Shown here: piece by piece, positions 49,401 to 64,000 of the stretch
Layout: each line of letters opens with the position of its first letter
Position numbering within the stretch: position 1 is the first letter of the stretch
The notes under the pieces: model-generated
Databases searched by the model: none
Seen by the model: the letters and a program-made list of their open reading frames with translations, nothing else
What the model was told of the DNA's origin: nothing
DNA from: Takakia lepidozioides
Taxonomy: Eukaryota > Plantae > Bryophyta
Length of the DNA: 64,000 bases
NCBI GenBank assembly: GCA_030704615.1
Contig: CM060731.1
Location: 40,486,001 to 40,550,000 of the forward strand
Direction of reading: 5' to 3'
Program-made: the position numbers and the translations under genes

Positions 49401-52400
49401 GCATTTATTCATACAGAGTGTATAAGTTGAGAGTACAAACCAGGGTTGGAAAGCCCATTCCAGGCGTTGGTGAGGTACTTGAGCACATCACTAAAGGCAT
49501 CCTCCACAGTTCTCATACCCTTAACATTGGGCCAACGTGCAAGAACATCCTCCCCGCCATTCTTGCCAACCAGCTGCATGCATTGGAGACCAAGTTTAGC
49601 TGATTACTTATGTCAGATAGCTCCCTCTGGCTGTCCCTCTCCTCTACAAAGCTGACAGGAGATTTTTACCTGAAGATGTCTGAGTACGGTGGAGAAAGCA
49701 GGTGGGCTACGCAGGTGAAAGGCACCCCATGAAAATTCAGGGGGGACTACACTAGACCTGGCGAGTACTGGGGCACAAGTCCAAGCCAAAGGCCAGTCCT
49801 TCAAAAGTACTGCATCACTGTAAGATGCCAGTACTTTCCTGCTGCCACCAGCTCCACTAACATTTGGGATACCCCGCTCTGCAGGCACAAATGCGAGGCG
49901 GCCCAGCGCTTGGCAAAAATTAGTGCCATACACTGATGCAAAATTGCTTAGTAATGCCTCCACCAGCATGCTTGCCATGGCCCAAACCTCACTCGACACG
50001 CCTCCAGCACTGCCTGCAAACTCAGACTCGAAAGGTTCCCCTAGCTCTGTGCTTTGAGGGCCTTGCTTTCCAAGCTCTTCTATCTTTGTAGCACACTCCA
50101 GCAATAGTGATGCATCTACAGCAGACCGTAAGCCTGCATCCCGCAAGATACGAAGCCACCCTCCAGTGGCAAACTGCCCACCCGGAAATTTGCCATCTTC
50201 CCCAGAAAACACACGCCTTAAGAGGGTGCTCTCGGGGTCCATGAGCATTGGAGGCTGAAACAAGACACTCACAGTTGCATTGCCAAACTCGGTATCACTG
50301 CCTGCCTGCACGAACTTTGTTTCTCGTAACGCTGATACCACAGCCTCTTGCTGCCTCAGATTTGACCAGTTGTTGTAAATGTAGGCCAATATGCATTCTC
50401 GCTCCTGCTTGCTTTGTATCTCAAACCCTGGCAAAGCAAATCTTGCCATCACTTCATGGTCTGTAAGCTCTGGAATGCCCAAGATCTGGTACAGTGAGCC
50501 CCCGTCTGCCATCAAACGATATTGCAGACACTGTTCATCAACAGGCTGCAGAAACATGCCAGGAGGGACCACACAGTGTACCTGCTGATCGACTGCCACG
50601 TACCCTCCCCTGCTTGTCTTGTAGATAGGGAGGGATCTAAGCAGCCCAAGTTCTTCATTACTGTAAGCTGGAACTGAAGTTCCAAAGGACAAAGCACTGG
50701 AATCAAACGTACAGGAGGCGAAAAGGGAGAAAAGAGCGTCACAGTCCGCAGGCATGAGAGGCAGCTCCCGTGCAGATAAGCACCCTGCTTCCTGGAGTAA
50801 AAGGAGCTTTGACACCAAAACTTGTGCCAGTGATTGACCCTGGGGGGGAACGCAACATTGTGACACACTGCAGTCCAAAAAGTGGCGATCATATACAGGA
50901 ACATTACAGTTACAAAGCAAGGGCAAGAGCCATGGGTGCTGCCTTTCCAGTTCCAGAAAGGCCCTTGTACCTGCATCCATGCCACTGACTTCACTGATGC
51001 TTGGAGTCGATGCCTCCCCTAATAAGCTAGCACTCTGAGTTTGTTCTTGCTGCAGGGTGACTACCTCCCTTTGGCCCATATGAACCATCACTGGAGTAGA
51101 TGGTTCCCCTAATAAGCTGGCACTCTGAGTCTGTTCTTGTAGGGCAGGTGGCATAAAGACTAGCTGCCGCTCGCTCACACGAACCAGCACTGTAGCTGAG
51201 GTAACAGCAGGAATTAAAGGCCAGGGTGAGAAGAGAGAGAGTTCCTCTGATGACGCAGGATTCACATTTCTCCAGAACATGCGCAACCAGTCTGCCGAGG
51301 GCCCTGTTGGGGGTGGATTGATATTGTGAGTCCATGTGACCCAAGGAGCAGCTGCTGCAATAGTCCCCCTCGCAATCCATTGTCTTGGAAGTGCAACCCC
51401 CAAACTTGCAGCCAATGCCTGAGATGAAAAAGGCTGAAGTTTAAGCAGAGATTGAAATACACGATGGCGAAACAAATCTGCTAAAACAGGGCGCTCCACA
51501 CACAATGGATGGACAAACTTGGAAGCCATCCCTAGGAGCAGCGCTTGCTGCTCCTTGCTTCCCACCCAAAGTTCTACCACACCCAGCTTTGCCATCTGGT
51601 TTGTCGCAGTTGGGCACAGCAAACCCTTCAGTTCAGCCACTAGGGATCTATCGAGTGATCTGTCCTGGTCCTCTGGATTGACAGAATTTTGTGAGGGACT
51701 CCCACTTCCCCCCTCTCTGCTTGAATCCACAATCACCCCTGCACTGAGGTCTACGATTGCCCTCCCAAAGTCAGCAAACCAGTCCCGGGTGTCTCTGCCC
51801 TCCAAGACGCGTGATGACACCCAAGTTTCCAATTGTGTCTGCGGTTCTTCACGCATGACTGCGGGTCTAAGTCTCGAAGCTATACTGCTCCTATGGCCCG
51901 GAGTAGCATGGGCAGCAGGCGACCTGGACAAGGGCATGCCAGACGGCGCACCTCCATCCAGTTCTCCCTCAAGAACAGTAGCTGACCCTCCAAGGCTTAC
52001 TTGTCCAGGATTAGAGCTAGCCAGCGAAGCATCAACATAAAGGTCGACACAACAAAATTCCAGCAGATCAACCTGGGTCACGACAGATTGCACAGCAGCT
52101 GCTATTGATGGATTTCGAAGTAAAGTTCTCAACATTTTTGGAGTCACTTCCTTCGCAGCAACTCCTGCAACTTCCATTTCTCTGGTGAGTTCCCAGGGCA
52201 CTGCAAAGACACGGTAGTGCGATTTAAGGAAATCACAAACAGTTGCAGGTGGTGCCATGCCTTGCCGCTCTGTTCCTGGTGGAGATAGAAACATCCCATC
52301 AGCTGCCTTGGCCATGGACCCACCATGTAGTTGCCACATTGGCAACTCAACCAAGCGCACATACATGGGCTTGATTAACAGCTCCACTAAGCACTGCCCA

Positions 52401-55400
52401 TCAATTGCAGCCAACTGTGGAATTCCTACCTGCACGTTAGAACCCTCCAACCCAGAGATACTGGGCAGAAGTGCTCTGGACCTTGGCCAGAACACATAGA
52501 ACCTCTCAGCTGGTACCCCATGAGACCCATCTAGACCTCGACCAATAGGAGGATCAGCACGTGAAGTTGAAGGGTCCTGCCGTAGGCGCTGAAGCTCCTG
52601 CAGGAGCTCCACATATGAATCCCGCACACACACCAACAGCTCCTTATTCCAAACTGCTGCTACATTCTCTGACAGCACTCTTGATCCCTGCTGAGACACA
52701 CCTATATTGCTTACTGTCAAGTCTGAGGCTGTAAAACTATGAAACAGATGGCGACTACCACCATGCAACACCATGAAGTGTCCCATAATTGTAACGGGCA
52801 GCCCGGTTGAGAAGGGCAAGGGCAGGGGCGCCAGGATACAGCCATCAGCACACACCGAAGGCACTGCCCCGTTGCGAGACATGTGGGCAGCCACACCCGC
52901 AATGGGTGTCAGATTGTATGCTAGATACTTCCTGCAGCATATCCTCCACCCTCCTCAGTGTAAGTCGGGAAGTAGCATGAGTCAAGCCATAAACAAAACA
53001 ATGACACTCCTGGTAGTGAGCCGAATAGCCACATGGCAGGCAGGCAGGCAAGTTAGACAGGCAGAACAGACATAGGGTCAAAATACACAACACTACAAGA
53101 CAAAGACCCAGTTACAGCAATAGAGTTCCAGTAGCTAGAAGGAAAGTTTCCTTCCTACAAAGTCGCAGACACTTCTAGACCGAAACACAGAAAACAGCCA
53201 ATACCTGTCGAGAGCCATGTCACGGGTATGACCAGAGCCAAGGCTCTGCACCACAAGCCACTTGTCCACGATCTGGTCACCATCATCTGTGAGAAGAACA
53301 TCAATAGTGTGCACTTTTGAGGCCACGATGGAGCCCCCAAATATACTTGAAAGCTGAAATTTGAAATTGCGCCACTTCTTATCTTGAAAGGGGTTGCGAA
53401 GAGGTGCACGTGCAGGATCCACTCGCACTCCAAATAGCTTCTGTGGTGCAGCCTCTCCAGCCTCCCAAACTGTCACATCGACCTGAACATGATGATAAAT
53501 TGTATCTCAACACCATGGAACTACATACATCGATGTAACTCACATTTGAATGCTCCCATTACATTACATTAAAGTGCTCCAGGCAAGCCACACTGCCTGT
53601 ATCACTACTGGAGAAACTTATGCTCAATCCCATGTAAATTATCTCATACGGAGTGAGAATCTGCTAGTAGAGACTTTGTCAAAATTAAGGGTGTCATCCA
53701 CTCATAATTATCTGAATAATGATATGGCTTCAAAATGCCCAATGTAAGTGAGACCAGCCAGTAATAGCTCCATCTCATCTCCTTCTCATCTCCAAATGGC
53801 CACCATGAACTCATCCTGCCTAATCCAAAAAACTGACAATAACCTGACTCTTGATTGATCAACATCAAGATCTAGCTTCAGAATTCACACCGATTATTAC
53901 ACACAGTTACCCTGCCCCTATGACTGGAGTTCAATTCATGGGCCAGCCCTAAATAGACTGATCAACTCACAAACGTTGGCTAAGGTTACCCTCATTATGT
54001 TGGTTCGTTCCTATGAGTATAACTGGTGGCTCACTCCCTAGACCTGGAGCTCTCCAGATGGCTGTACCAACTGCATTCCTCAAAGCCAAGTACAAGGCTT
54101 AGTCCACCTTCTTCCTATATAACCTGCTGAACACAAGTCTTGCCTAGCTCTGTAATCATCTACCACGGGGAGGATGGTTGCAGGGTGTAAAACCCAACAA
54201 CAAGGGGAATGCCAGTCATGTACTGTTACTTAAAACACCAGGTGGGCACTTACAGTTTCAGTGTGGACAAGCGCTTGTGCCTGATAGGTACAATATATGG
54301 AATTTCAAAAACTAAATGAAATGTAAGACATTGCACATGCCGAAGTAAGTGTTCTTACATCTTCCACCGACTTCAAAAATAGCAGAGCAGCAGAGGCATG
54401 GATTTTGAACTTGTCGAAAATGCGGGCAACTTTTGCATCCCCACATTCTGCCTGATTCTGGATTTTTCCATCAGCAGCCTGTTGTGCTGCACGCAGCGGC
54501 ATGCGGATGATGGTTGCATCGGACCTAGCCCATGACAGTGTGGAATTCACTCGCAGAGGCTGAAACTGATCTGAGAACCTTTGTGGCAGGTCCGTCCCTA
54601 ACATATCACCATTCAAGTGAGATATGATCTTAACATTTGCACACTGGGATCCAGATATAGAGATTTTAGGGAAGTATGTACAGACAAGCCGAACTCATAG
54701 AAAAGAGGGAAAGAAAAGAAGCCCTGGGGCTACAGAGAAGGAGAGGATGGGGAAGATAGGGGGAAGAAAACAGGAAGCAATAAAAACACAACTATGTGGG
54801 CATACGGGACACGATAAGACTACAAGAGGAGAAATGAAATGAAATGGTGCTTTATAACGTCCGAGAATGACACACATAGAGAAGGCTCTCACGTATACCT
54901 TTCAGGGCATATGCTTTGCCAACTGGACTTCCAGAAGGTGCAACCCGACCATCAGCAAGAGAGGCTGCAAGGACCTGACCAGAAGGATCAAAAAGGTAGA
55001 GGCAGCCACCCGATACAATGAACGGAAGCTCTGTAACATGGTAAGCCCCCAACAGGCCACTCCCATACTGACACATATGTCCCCGAAGCTTAGCCGGTGG
55101 ACTGGCCTGCAGAATACACACCTCCTCTGTGCTCAGGACTGCTCCCTCAAATGCAATTGTGAGAGCTGGCCCTTGGAATTGGCCTGAGGCATCACATCAC
55201 CCCTTGTCAGTAAAAAGTCTGCTTTGCATTTAGATAGCTCACCTATAAGGGCAAGTGCCCTGATAGTCTATGCATTGACTCAACATGTGGTCATGGCTCA
55301 GTTGCTGTACCCATCTGTTTCAACTGGTCAGTAGTACTTACCAGATTCAATAGCAGGAATGCAATGAACTAAACTGAGCCTGAGGTTTGGCAAAGTCTTA

Positions 55401-58400
55401 TCTGGAAAGCAAGAAACCAAGGGGACTGGAAGGCAAGGATACAGAGGTGATTTCAGACGAATCCAGAATTGAATTTGATAGGCAGTCACCTAAGTCTGGT
55501 TGGAGAAGAGATTGGTGTGGGTGCTCCCTTTTATCATACACAACATGGATCTTCTTTGCTTTGCAGATATCAGCAACCTCCAGAAGGTCAAACAAGAGTA
55601 AGTCTTCATCCCCACAGCTAGAAAGCACCTCAGAGATGGCAGAGGTGGCCAAACATGGTAAATTGCTAGTCATTTCCTGGTCTACGAGGGACAAGTATCG
55701 CAGTGATTTGGCACCAAGACGATCCGCTAAGTCATTGTCAATGTCCGGGTGGACCAGTCGGCGTATCCCGGTCATCCCTGATACACTTTTGGCCAACCAT
55801 GGAGCATCATTATAAACTAGCTCTTTGGCTTGCACTAAGACCCCTGATGCATCTGGTACCAGCACTGAACCCAGCATGGCCTTTTCACCTCCCTGGATCG
55901 GCAACACCTCCGAGAGAGCCTCCAGCACTCTGAGGCAGAAAGTTAGTTGCTCAGGAGCAAGAGGCCCACCTTTCATGTCATCAGCAATGCGATACAAGAC
56001 ACGGGCGTAGTCGCTAGCCTCAAATGTTTCATGTACACCCAAGGCAATAAGCAGCCTCCTAAAACTGGCTATCTCAGATGGCACACTATACAAATATGGG
56101 TGAAAATGTGCAGGAGAGTCAAAGGCCAGCTCTTTTGGGGACACAAACCCCTCCCCAACCCACACCCACTGAACACCCTCCAACATGGACTGCAATATCA
56201 TCATGTCTTGTGACCCGACCGACTCCTCCAACACCTTATAAATGGCAGGTATTTCCTTGGTCAGTGTTGCATTAATATCACGAAATGAGTCTGCTTCATT
56301 AGTTCCAATTTGCTGCGGAGGACTTGCACCTCTACTTCTCCAGTGTCCATAGCATTTGGATAGTTCAACAAGTTGTGCTGCCAGAAGACTTGCATTTGGC
56401 TGCTCTTCCCAGCCGAGCTTTGATGCCAGACTCACTGACCGACATTCGCCATCTAGCAATCTCATGGTTGCAGATACAAGCCACATTTGTGACTTGGGAC
56501 GCACTAGCTTTGGGGGGGCAATTGGACATTGCACTTGAGGCCATGGCAGCTTGGAGTTAGGAGAATTGACAAGAACTGGACACCAGCTAATGTTGGTCAA
56601 TTGCATCCAGAACTGAGTCTCAGATTCATCATCTTCCCTTTCATGCTGAGGCAAATACCTGGCTGCTTCCTCGGAACTCTTCCCAAATGATTCTACATTA
56701 CCCAATGCATGAAATGTGCCTGAGGGTAACTCCGACCTGTGCATTGCTTTGTGGGCTGCTACATCTATAGATCCTGGAGGTAAAGCAATGGCTTCGGTTG
56801 ATGGCATGTGATTGGAGGAGGTATCGACCTTAAGCAGCAAGTCACGAATTGACTCTCGCTTAACTTCAAGGTCATCCAGATGTGCAAGAAGGGCTTTTGC
56901 CCTCCGAACAGCTTCTGTAGCATCTGAACCACTATTCATGGCCACAGATCGTGCACTATCCAGCAGCCCCTTGCAGCCAAGTGACCTTCTCAAGCCCAGT
57001 TGTACCAACACATCCAACACCGCATCTGCTGCAAACTCATCTGAAGGGAAAAAGACTTGCTTGTTGAGCAGCGTTTGTAGCTCAGGCACCCGTGGGTCAT
57101 ACAACCTGTCACAACAGCCTTCTTCATCAGCTGGGTTGGTCAATCTTCATTATATTCTCATCTGCTGTCTCCATTGAGATGTCCCTTCCTCCCTGCTGCC
57201 TGCCTTCTTTACCCAAGTCAAAGCTCTTCTAGAGCTGAGCTCCCACTAATACCCAGAAGACACCAAAGAACAACGCAACACCCTGTGCCTGTTTTTCTCA
57301 TATTTAAACAATCTAACTTGCATTCACACCAAAAGAAGGAACAAACCCGCGTGCCCAACACATCCCAAAGCCCAATGGCCCCAAAGTCACCCAAACTGAG
57401 TTAGCAATCAAGAGAAAACACCCTCCTGTAAGCCATTCCAGACAAGGGCGGCCACCCAAATCCTCTCCTATCCAACACAGAAACAGAAACCACTGAGAAA
57501 GCCAGGAGAGGAACAAGGAAGGAACACCAAAGCCCAAAGAAAGCTCGATACAACTCAGGAAAAATTCTCTTTCCCTCTCTGCCAAAATCAGGTGTGGCCT
57601 CTTGACTGAAGTTGGCTCCTTTGACGTGCGAGACTTTGAGAAGTCTAATGAGTACATTTGTTATTCCTTTATCCAATAACCACTTGAACTGACAGCTCCA
57701 AGCATACCTACAAAGTAAGTGGATTCAGCATTGGCACTATGGCAAAGTAGGGTGGGAGTCAGGCATACCTAGTGGGTGCCTCCAGAGTGCCGCATGCTGT
57801 GGGAACAAACGGCAGTTGAGACATTATTTGCTCAAGCCCCGGATCCTGCTCCACAAGCATTGAAAAATCTTGAATTACACCTAGCATAGCACGCCTCGTG
57901 ACATCCAATGGAATTTGCAAAATGTTGCTGAACATGTGGTCCCGATAGAAAGCTGCCTTACTGAGTTTTGTGATTCCCAAATATTCCATCAAAACCTCCT
58001 CTTCCCTTTGTGAGTCAGCATGTATGAAACTCTCTCCGAGCAGGCTTTCATCAATGCCATCAGGTGCAAACCAACGCCTGTGCTCAGGCAAAGCCACAAA
58101 CCGGCGGCCAGCACTTGAATATGACTCGAACACAGGCAACACCCTCAATACTTGAAGACGTGACGAATGCATATGGCCTGAGGAAAACCATTTGGATTGG
58201 CACAAGAAGCTGCGAAGCTCTCGCAGTTCCCCGTCCGAGGCCATCTGCAACAGTGGTGCCAGAACCTCCAGGTTACCTGATGTTGTAGCATGCAGCGCAT
58301 CCAGAATACCAAACGCACTGCCATCATGCACGTACTCCCCCAGTGTGGCATGTTTCACACACAGGTCAGACCTTAAAATGGCGCACTGCACCCTCTGCAG

Positions 58401-61400
58401 AACACTCACCATGTTTTCACTCCACCCTTCATCCCTTACTACCTTGGAATTCTTCACCATTCGCAGCAGCTGGCCATCTGAGGTAGGTAGCAATGGCCAC
58501 TCTGATAATATGGACAAGTCATTGCACGTGGAATTCAAGTACTTCCACAGCAGCTCCATCCATGCCAAACTGGGGTGCTTGTCCAGGTCAGGGGTCCAAG
58601 CCACTGCCCCCTTGCCACGCCATTCAGCAGGGACAAGCCTGACCATAATCTCTTCCAACACTTGTCCTGTCAGTAAGGACAAGTTGGCGCCTCCTTGCCT
58701 TGCAATTTTGTGCAACCTGTTAAACACATCGCTGTCAATGCCACGGTCAACGAGCATGTAGGGCACTGCATTGTTTAGCAGCTCATACTCATCCTCATTA
58801 GTTACCAAAATTCTTTCCCCACCTCCAGGCTTCGACAGTGTTCCAAACAAGCCATTACAAAGGGGGAGCAAAGACAGACCCTGCAGCTTGTCCCCAACTT
58901 CTGCATCTTCCACATCACTCAAACAATACTTGAGAGCCAACACAGTCACTCTTCGGCGGCCCAAGATACGCCTAGTGCTGCCGAGTGCTTTACGCAACAT
59001 ATGGGGTGAGAGATGTCTTAACCAAGGGCAAAACTCTTGAAACTTGGCCACCACAGCATCGGGGGCACTTATTAGAGGAAGCCCCACTTCTGCCAAGGCC
59101 TTCCCTAGCTCCTGTGCCTCAGCAAAGCTGTTATCAGGAAATACTGCTCTCTTTGGAGACACCCATTTTCCTCTTCCAGCATCTGTATACAGCACTGGAA
59201 GGTCAAGATCCACAACAGATTTGTAGACGTGCCTCATCAATGAGGCCCACGGCTCTGCCACAGATCCAGTAGGCCATAAGTCATGAAAGTTTGCCAAAGT
59301 CCCAACTTCCTGGGCAGCCTCACCAAGCAAACGGGCATAGGCAGGGGCTGCAACATCTTCCAACAAGCACCGATTCCAGTTAGACCGCAGCTTCCCTCCT
59401 CCAGCCATATCATCACCATACCATATGTCTCGTCGATTAGAAGATAGCTCAAAGTAACCATTAACATGAACAGGAAGGCCAATCTTGACAGGTAATGGCA
59501 GGAAACAAAATGCACGACCTTCAAACGACTGCATGTTCAAAGCTTCTACATTACTTAAGCTCCTTTCACCATCGCCTTCCCCAATCCCACCACCATCTCC
59601 TGGCAGATCCACTTGTAATTGCGCAGCAATGCCTGCCCAAGGCACAAACCCTCGAGTTCGATTCTCCGGGGCAATTGCATGGTCTCTTGCACGACCACCT
59701 CCCATGGCATTGCTAATGAGCCATGCCTGTGACTTTTGCACACCAGGGCTGCTCACAATTACCTCCACCTTTCGACAGTGCCAAGGGAGTTGCGACTCCG
59801 GTGTCTTTTGCAGCTTGCTGTAGAACTGATCCTTATCTATTGGATTTTGAGGATCCCCACGGACAAATTCATATACCGAACTCTGAGAATGGGCCTGCTT
59901 ATCCTGCAGTTGTGTATCCGGTCGATGAACTTGGTAGAGTAGCTGCATGTCCTGGCTAGGTTCGTCGCGTACATAGACTGCAACACTAGCCACATTCCGC
60001 AAAAACAGCAAAGCTTCCTCAGCACTGCTTCGGAAGGACTCGAAGAGCGACAACACATCCTCAGGCCTATATGCCTCTTGCTTTATCTCACTGCTTGCTG
60101 CTGTTTTAGCTGTTCGCAAAGGGAAACGAAAGAGGGTGCCTGGGAAAGGCCTTTGTAGGTCACATCCAAACAGCAAATATGGGCGAAATTGATCTGGGAA
60201 CTGCTCCAGTAAGCCCCGACCAATGAAGCTGATTTTAAGACCAGGATGAGAGGGTGTGATGCCTGGTAGATTGCAGGCATGGGGATCAAACATGACCATA
60301 TTACTCCCTGAAATAAACCCTGGAATGTCGGTAAAGTGATAGACAGAATTGAATCCAAGCCCAAACCGTCCAATGGCTGATGGTTTTTCAAGCTTACTAT
60401 CCTGTCCAATGCGTGAAATAGCATACAGATCCCGTGCGGTGAAAACAGAGTTATTAAGACAGTAAAGTGCAGGTCCTTGCCAGTCAGCCATTTTGGGTGA
60501 CAGCACAGAAGAAGTGCCATACTGACTTCTGTCCAGCAGAAAGCTTACCTCTGTAGCCCCTGCATCATCGGCATTCTGCACCAACTCACATAAGATGCCA
60601 GGCCCATCTGCATACATCTCCACAATGTGCTTCAGTCGTGTTGTGAGTGCCTCATGCTGTCCAAAAGCTTCTGCTGCCTCATGCAATCCAAAATCCATGG
60701 AATCTGCACTCTCTGCCAGCAGCATCCGGCGTAGTGATTTTACACCCAGCCTTTCTGCTACATCTGTGGATATCTTTGCATGCACAAATCTGGGCCCATT
60801 CGTGGTTCTAGCTGGCCCAGCTGGCGGTAAGCCCATGGAACTTCCCACAGCCCCTGAGTTGGGCAACCAAGGTGCATCATTGTACACCAACTCCGACGCT
60901 GGCACCAAAATAGCCCCTGAATCGGGAACAAAGGGGACCATCTGCTGCCCAGTGAAATGCAAGTCAGCTAAATGCTGAACCAACCAGATAGCTGCACTCA
61001 GCTGCTTGGAGTCCAATGACAAATTCTGTTTGTCCTTGGCCATGTTTGACAATACTTGAGCAAATTCACTGGGAGTGAGTGTCTCACGCACACCAAGCTC
61101 CAGCAAAAGCTCCTTGAACACTGCAAGATCTGCAGGGATAACTCTTAGATATGGTGCTAGATGAAGGGGTCCACTGAAGGCCACTTCTTGTACACTGGCA
61201 AAGCCATCACCCACCCACACCCAACGACTTCCTTCCAACACTGCTTTCACAATCTCCATGTCATCGCTTCCAAGCATCTCATTCAACAAAGTATAAATCC
61301 TCGGCACCACAATGGCCAGTGCCTGCCCCAACACTCGATCCTCCACCACTATGTGATTCTTCCCAAGCTCTAGCAGCTGGGCTGCCAACCTTCTCCCACT

Positions 61401-64000
61401 AGGCTGTAATGCCCATCCCAGTTTGGAAGCCAATGCCAAGGAGCGGCACTCTCCGTCCAAGATTCTCATGCTTGCAGAGACAAGCCACATGTCATCTTGC
61501 AATCGCACATGCTTTGGAGGAGCAACAGAACTGCTTACAGAAGGCCAGGGCAGGTTGGGGTGTGGTGGGTGCATCAAAACGGGGCACCAGCACACAGTAG
61601 AAAGCTCGTTCCAGAACCTGCTCAATGCCACCTCTGAGGCAGAGTCAGGGCCTTGGAATATGGTTGACACCTTCTGAAGCATGCGACCCAATGTCTTGTT
61701 GGCATCCTCTGCAGGCTGCGGCAACCAGCGGCCAGCGTTCAGCTCCAGGTAGGACAGCAGCACCTTCCCTTTTGCATGCGCATGCTCCATATCAATCCCC
61801 ATCAAAACTTCCACCTCCCTTGCACTTTGCAACAAAGTCTCCGGCACAACTGCTACCTTTAGACCAAGTCCTTGCAACATGTCCAGGATCTCTGCAGCCA
61901 TAAATTCCCCAGCTGGAAAAGACTCTTGATCATCTAACAAAGCAGTAAGTTCAATGCTGCGAGGGTCATACAAGGTGTTTGGGGGCCTAAGGGTGCTGCT
62001 GGCAGTTGGAACGAAAGCTAAATGCTTCAGAACCTCACGGAATGTGCTGTCCCCAGCACACAGCTGCGGGAGCTCTCTCAAAACACACAACATCATACGA
62101 TTACGAATCTCAGGAGAAAGCTCGCTCAATCGATTCAGAACTCTCGACTTGTAAAAGGCTGGCCGTTCCAACTGACTCACTCCAAGTGGTCCTGCCAACC
62201 ATTGTGCTTCCCGCTGTGACAAGGCATATAGGAAGTCTCGACCTAGCAGAGTCTCCTCCACACCCACAGGGGCCAAAAATAATTTGGATCCTGCCAGGTG
62301 AACAAATAATGTCTCACTGCCATTGGATCCAGTGTATACCTCAAAAATAGGGAGGGACTTCAATATATGCAATCGGGATTCATTCATCTGATCCCCAGCA
62401 TACCACTTTGCATCGTACAGAAACTTGCGAAGATCACGCCTCTCAGCATCATTCACAGCCTCAAACAAAAGCTCAAGACCAGGTAGCTGATGTAAAGCTG
62501 CTGCAAAAACTGCATCTAAAACACCTGATGCATTGGCATCATGCACATACATCGACAGCTGCGCATGCTCAACCCCCAAGTCCTTCCTTAGTATGTGGCA
62601 ACCCAATTTTGCGAAAAGGCTCTCCAGGCTACTGCTCCAGGCCCCAGCCCTCAGTACTTTCGAATTCGTCTCAAGTTTACAAAGGTGCTCACTGGTCGTT
62701 GGAAGCAAAGGCCAGTCTTTGAAAGTAGCCAGGTTCTTGCAGTTCTCTCGCAGGTATTGCCAACACAGAGTGAGCCACTCCTGCTTTGGATGTCTTGCCG
62801 AAGACTCGGGTTTCCAAATCACCTCCTCAACACCCTTCCATTCAGCAGGCATTAGGTGATGCAAGAGCTGTGAAAGATGTCTTTCTGTAAAGACGTAGAC
62901 ATTTGTGTTTGAAACACGTGCGATGTTATCAAGCCTTTCTAACAACCTTTTCGGTATACTCCGATCAACCACCTTGTCAGGCAGACCTTCCAGGAGTCGA
63001 TACCCTAGTTCATTGCAGACATAGTATACGCTAGCATTCCCCCTCTTTCCAAACACACCCAAGGCAGCACTAGCTAGAGGAACCAGTGGCAATCCCACAA
63101 GCAACCCTGCTGCTTCCTCATCTATCACATCCTCGAGACAATACTCCAGCAGTAGCAGGGCATTCCTTCTGTCAGCTAATCCTCCATGTGTCCCAGGCTT
63201 CCGTAATTGGGCCCTAATCACACTAGGCAATATCATATTTGGACTTGCCACGCACAAACTGAACAGCATATTTCTCAATGTGGTCGATAGGCGAACAAGG
63301 GGAACTTTTTCAGCAACTAGAGCACCAGCAAGTCCCTCCGCATCAACAAACTCTTCATCATGATATGCAGCTTGCTTGGGAGTCAACCATCTTCCACCTC
63401 CAGCAGCTGTATGCAGCAATGGAAGTTCAGCAGCATAGGTGTAGAACCGCTTGACCATGGTTAGCCAAGGCTCCACAGAACTTCTGCAAGGCCACAGCGA
63501 ATCATAGAGAGATATTGGTCCAAGCTGCTTGGAGGCTTCAACCAGTAACAGCGAGAATGCTGATGCCACCACATCCTCCAGAAGACACCGATTCCAATCA
63601 GATCGCAACTTACCCCCTCTATCCATGTCCGCACCATACCATATATCACGGCGATTTGAGGATAGTTCAAAATAACCATTCACATGCACCGGTAGCCCTG
63701 TCTTCACTGGAAGGGGTAGAAAGCAAAAGGCTTGCCCTTCCACGCTCACTCCCTCCTGTGCCTGCAGACAGACGAAGCAGCTCCTTGACTTCTCTACCCA
63801 TATCAATACAATTACGTTTGTGTAACAACCACACGCATACACACCAGCATATGTATATATCCTCCTCCTCACTTCCTTCCATTTCATCCAATCAAGACTC
63901 AAACAACAATGAACAAAACATAGAGAGAATGCAACTCCACCTTCTGACCAGTGCTTGAAATCTTTGCAGCAATGGAAGCCCAGGGCAGCAGGTGCAAGTC
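46421..64000 (-). CDS. Sacsin-like protein with HSP90-like (GHKL) sacsin repeats and a C-terminal RING finger (At5g23110-like); 5' end lies outside the window
   Basis: Exons >64000-63941, 63761-57769, 57105-55490, 55183-54899, 54597-54359, 53482-53205, 52931-49670, 49573-49441, 49177(or 49195)-48645, 48312-47344, 47101-46922, 46618-46421. FGQHEALTTRL...ELVQNADDAGA...IGRFGLGFNSVYH...GTLFRFPLR; GLPVHVNGYFELSSNRR twice; RING CRVC...PCGHVLCKRC...CPFC. Confidence 0.95.

Noticed and set aside
57759-63902. 2047-aa ORF as a stand-alone gene, and the many plus-strand ORFs opposite it
   Set aside because: It is one internal exon (63761-57769) of the sacsin-like gene; the opposite-strand ORFs are shadows.

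Overview
Eukaryotic, intron-containing land-plant DNA. The gene and TE repertoire looks like a non-seed plant such as a bryophyte, but the species cannot be determined from this window. The left ~30 kb is transposon-dense. From 1 to ~22.9 kb there is what looks like one large decayed element with three parts: (i) a minus-strand ORF with a GCM/WRKY-type Cys/His zinc-finger region, running off the left edge and absent from the ORF track below 687; (ii) two different tandem arrays (288-bp and 84-bp units) carrying ~21 copies of one 30-bp palindrome, GGATGGAAATTCGGCGCCGAATTTCCATCC; (iii) a divergent, spliced plus-strand gene. Once two independently inserted, full-length Ty3/gypsy chromoviruses (4688-11644, TSD CATAC; 14218-21183, TSD TACAC) are removed, that gene reads in frame across both junctions. 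It encodes a ParB/Srx-like domain (VWDGNHR) followed by a prokaryotic-type beta-class N4C/N6A DNA-methyltransferase-like C-terminus. After a 500-N gap come a gag-only retroelement remnant and a 5'-truncated RLE-type (CRE-like) non-LTR element. The right ~34 kb holds three minus-strand host genes with no lesions seen in their exons: a beta-carbonic anhydrase with a likely plastid transit peptide, a mitochondrial carrier with a LINE in its last intron, and the 3' part of a giant sacsin-like RING protein. It also contains a MITE, a DUF2921 pseudogene fragment and an IS3EU-like transposase relic. All exon boundaries and domain calls were made by eye and need confirmation.
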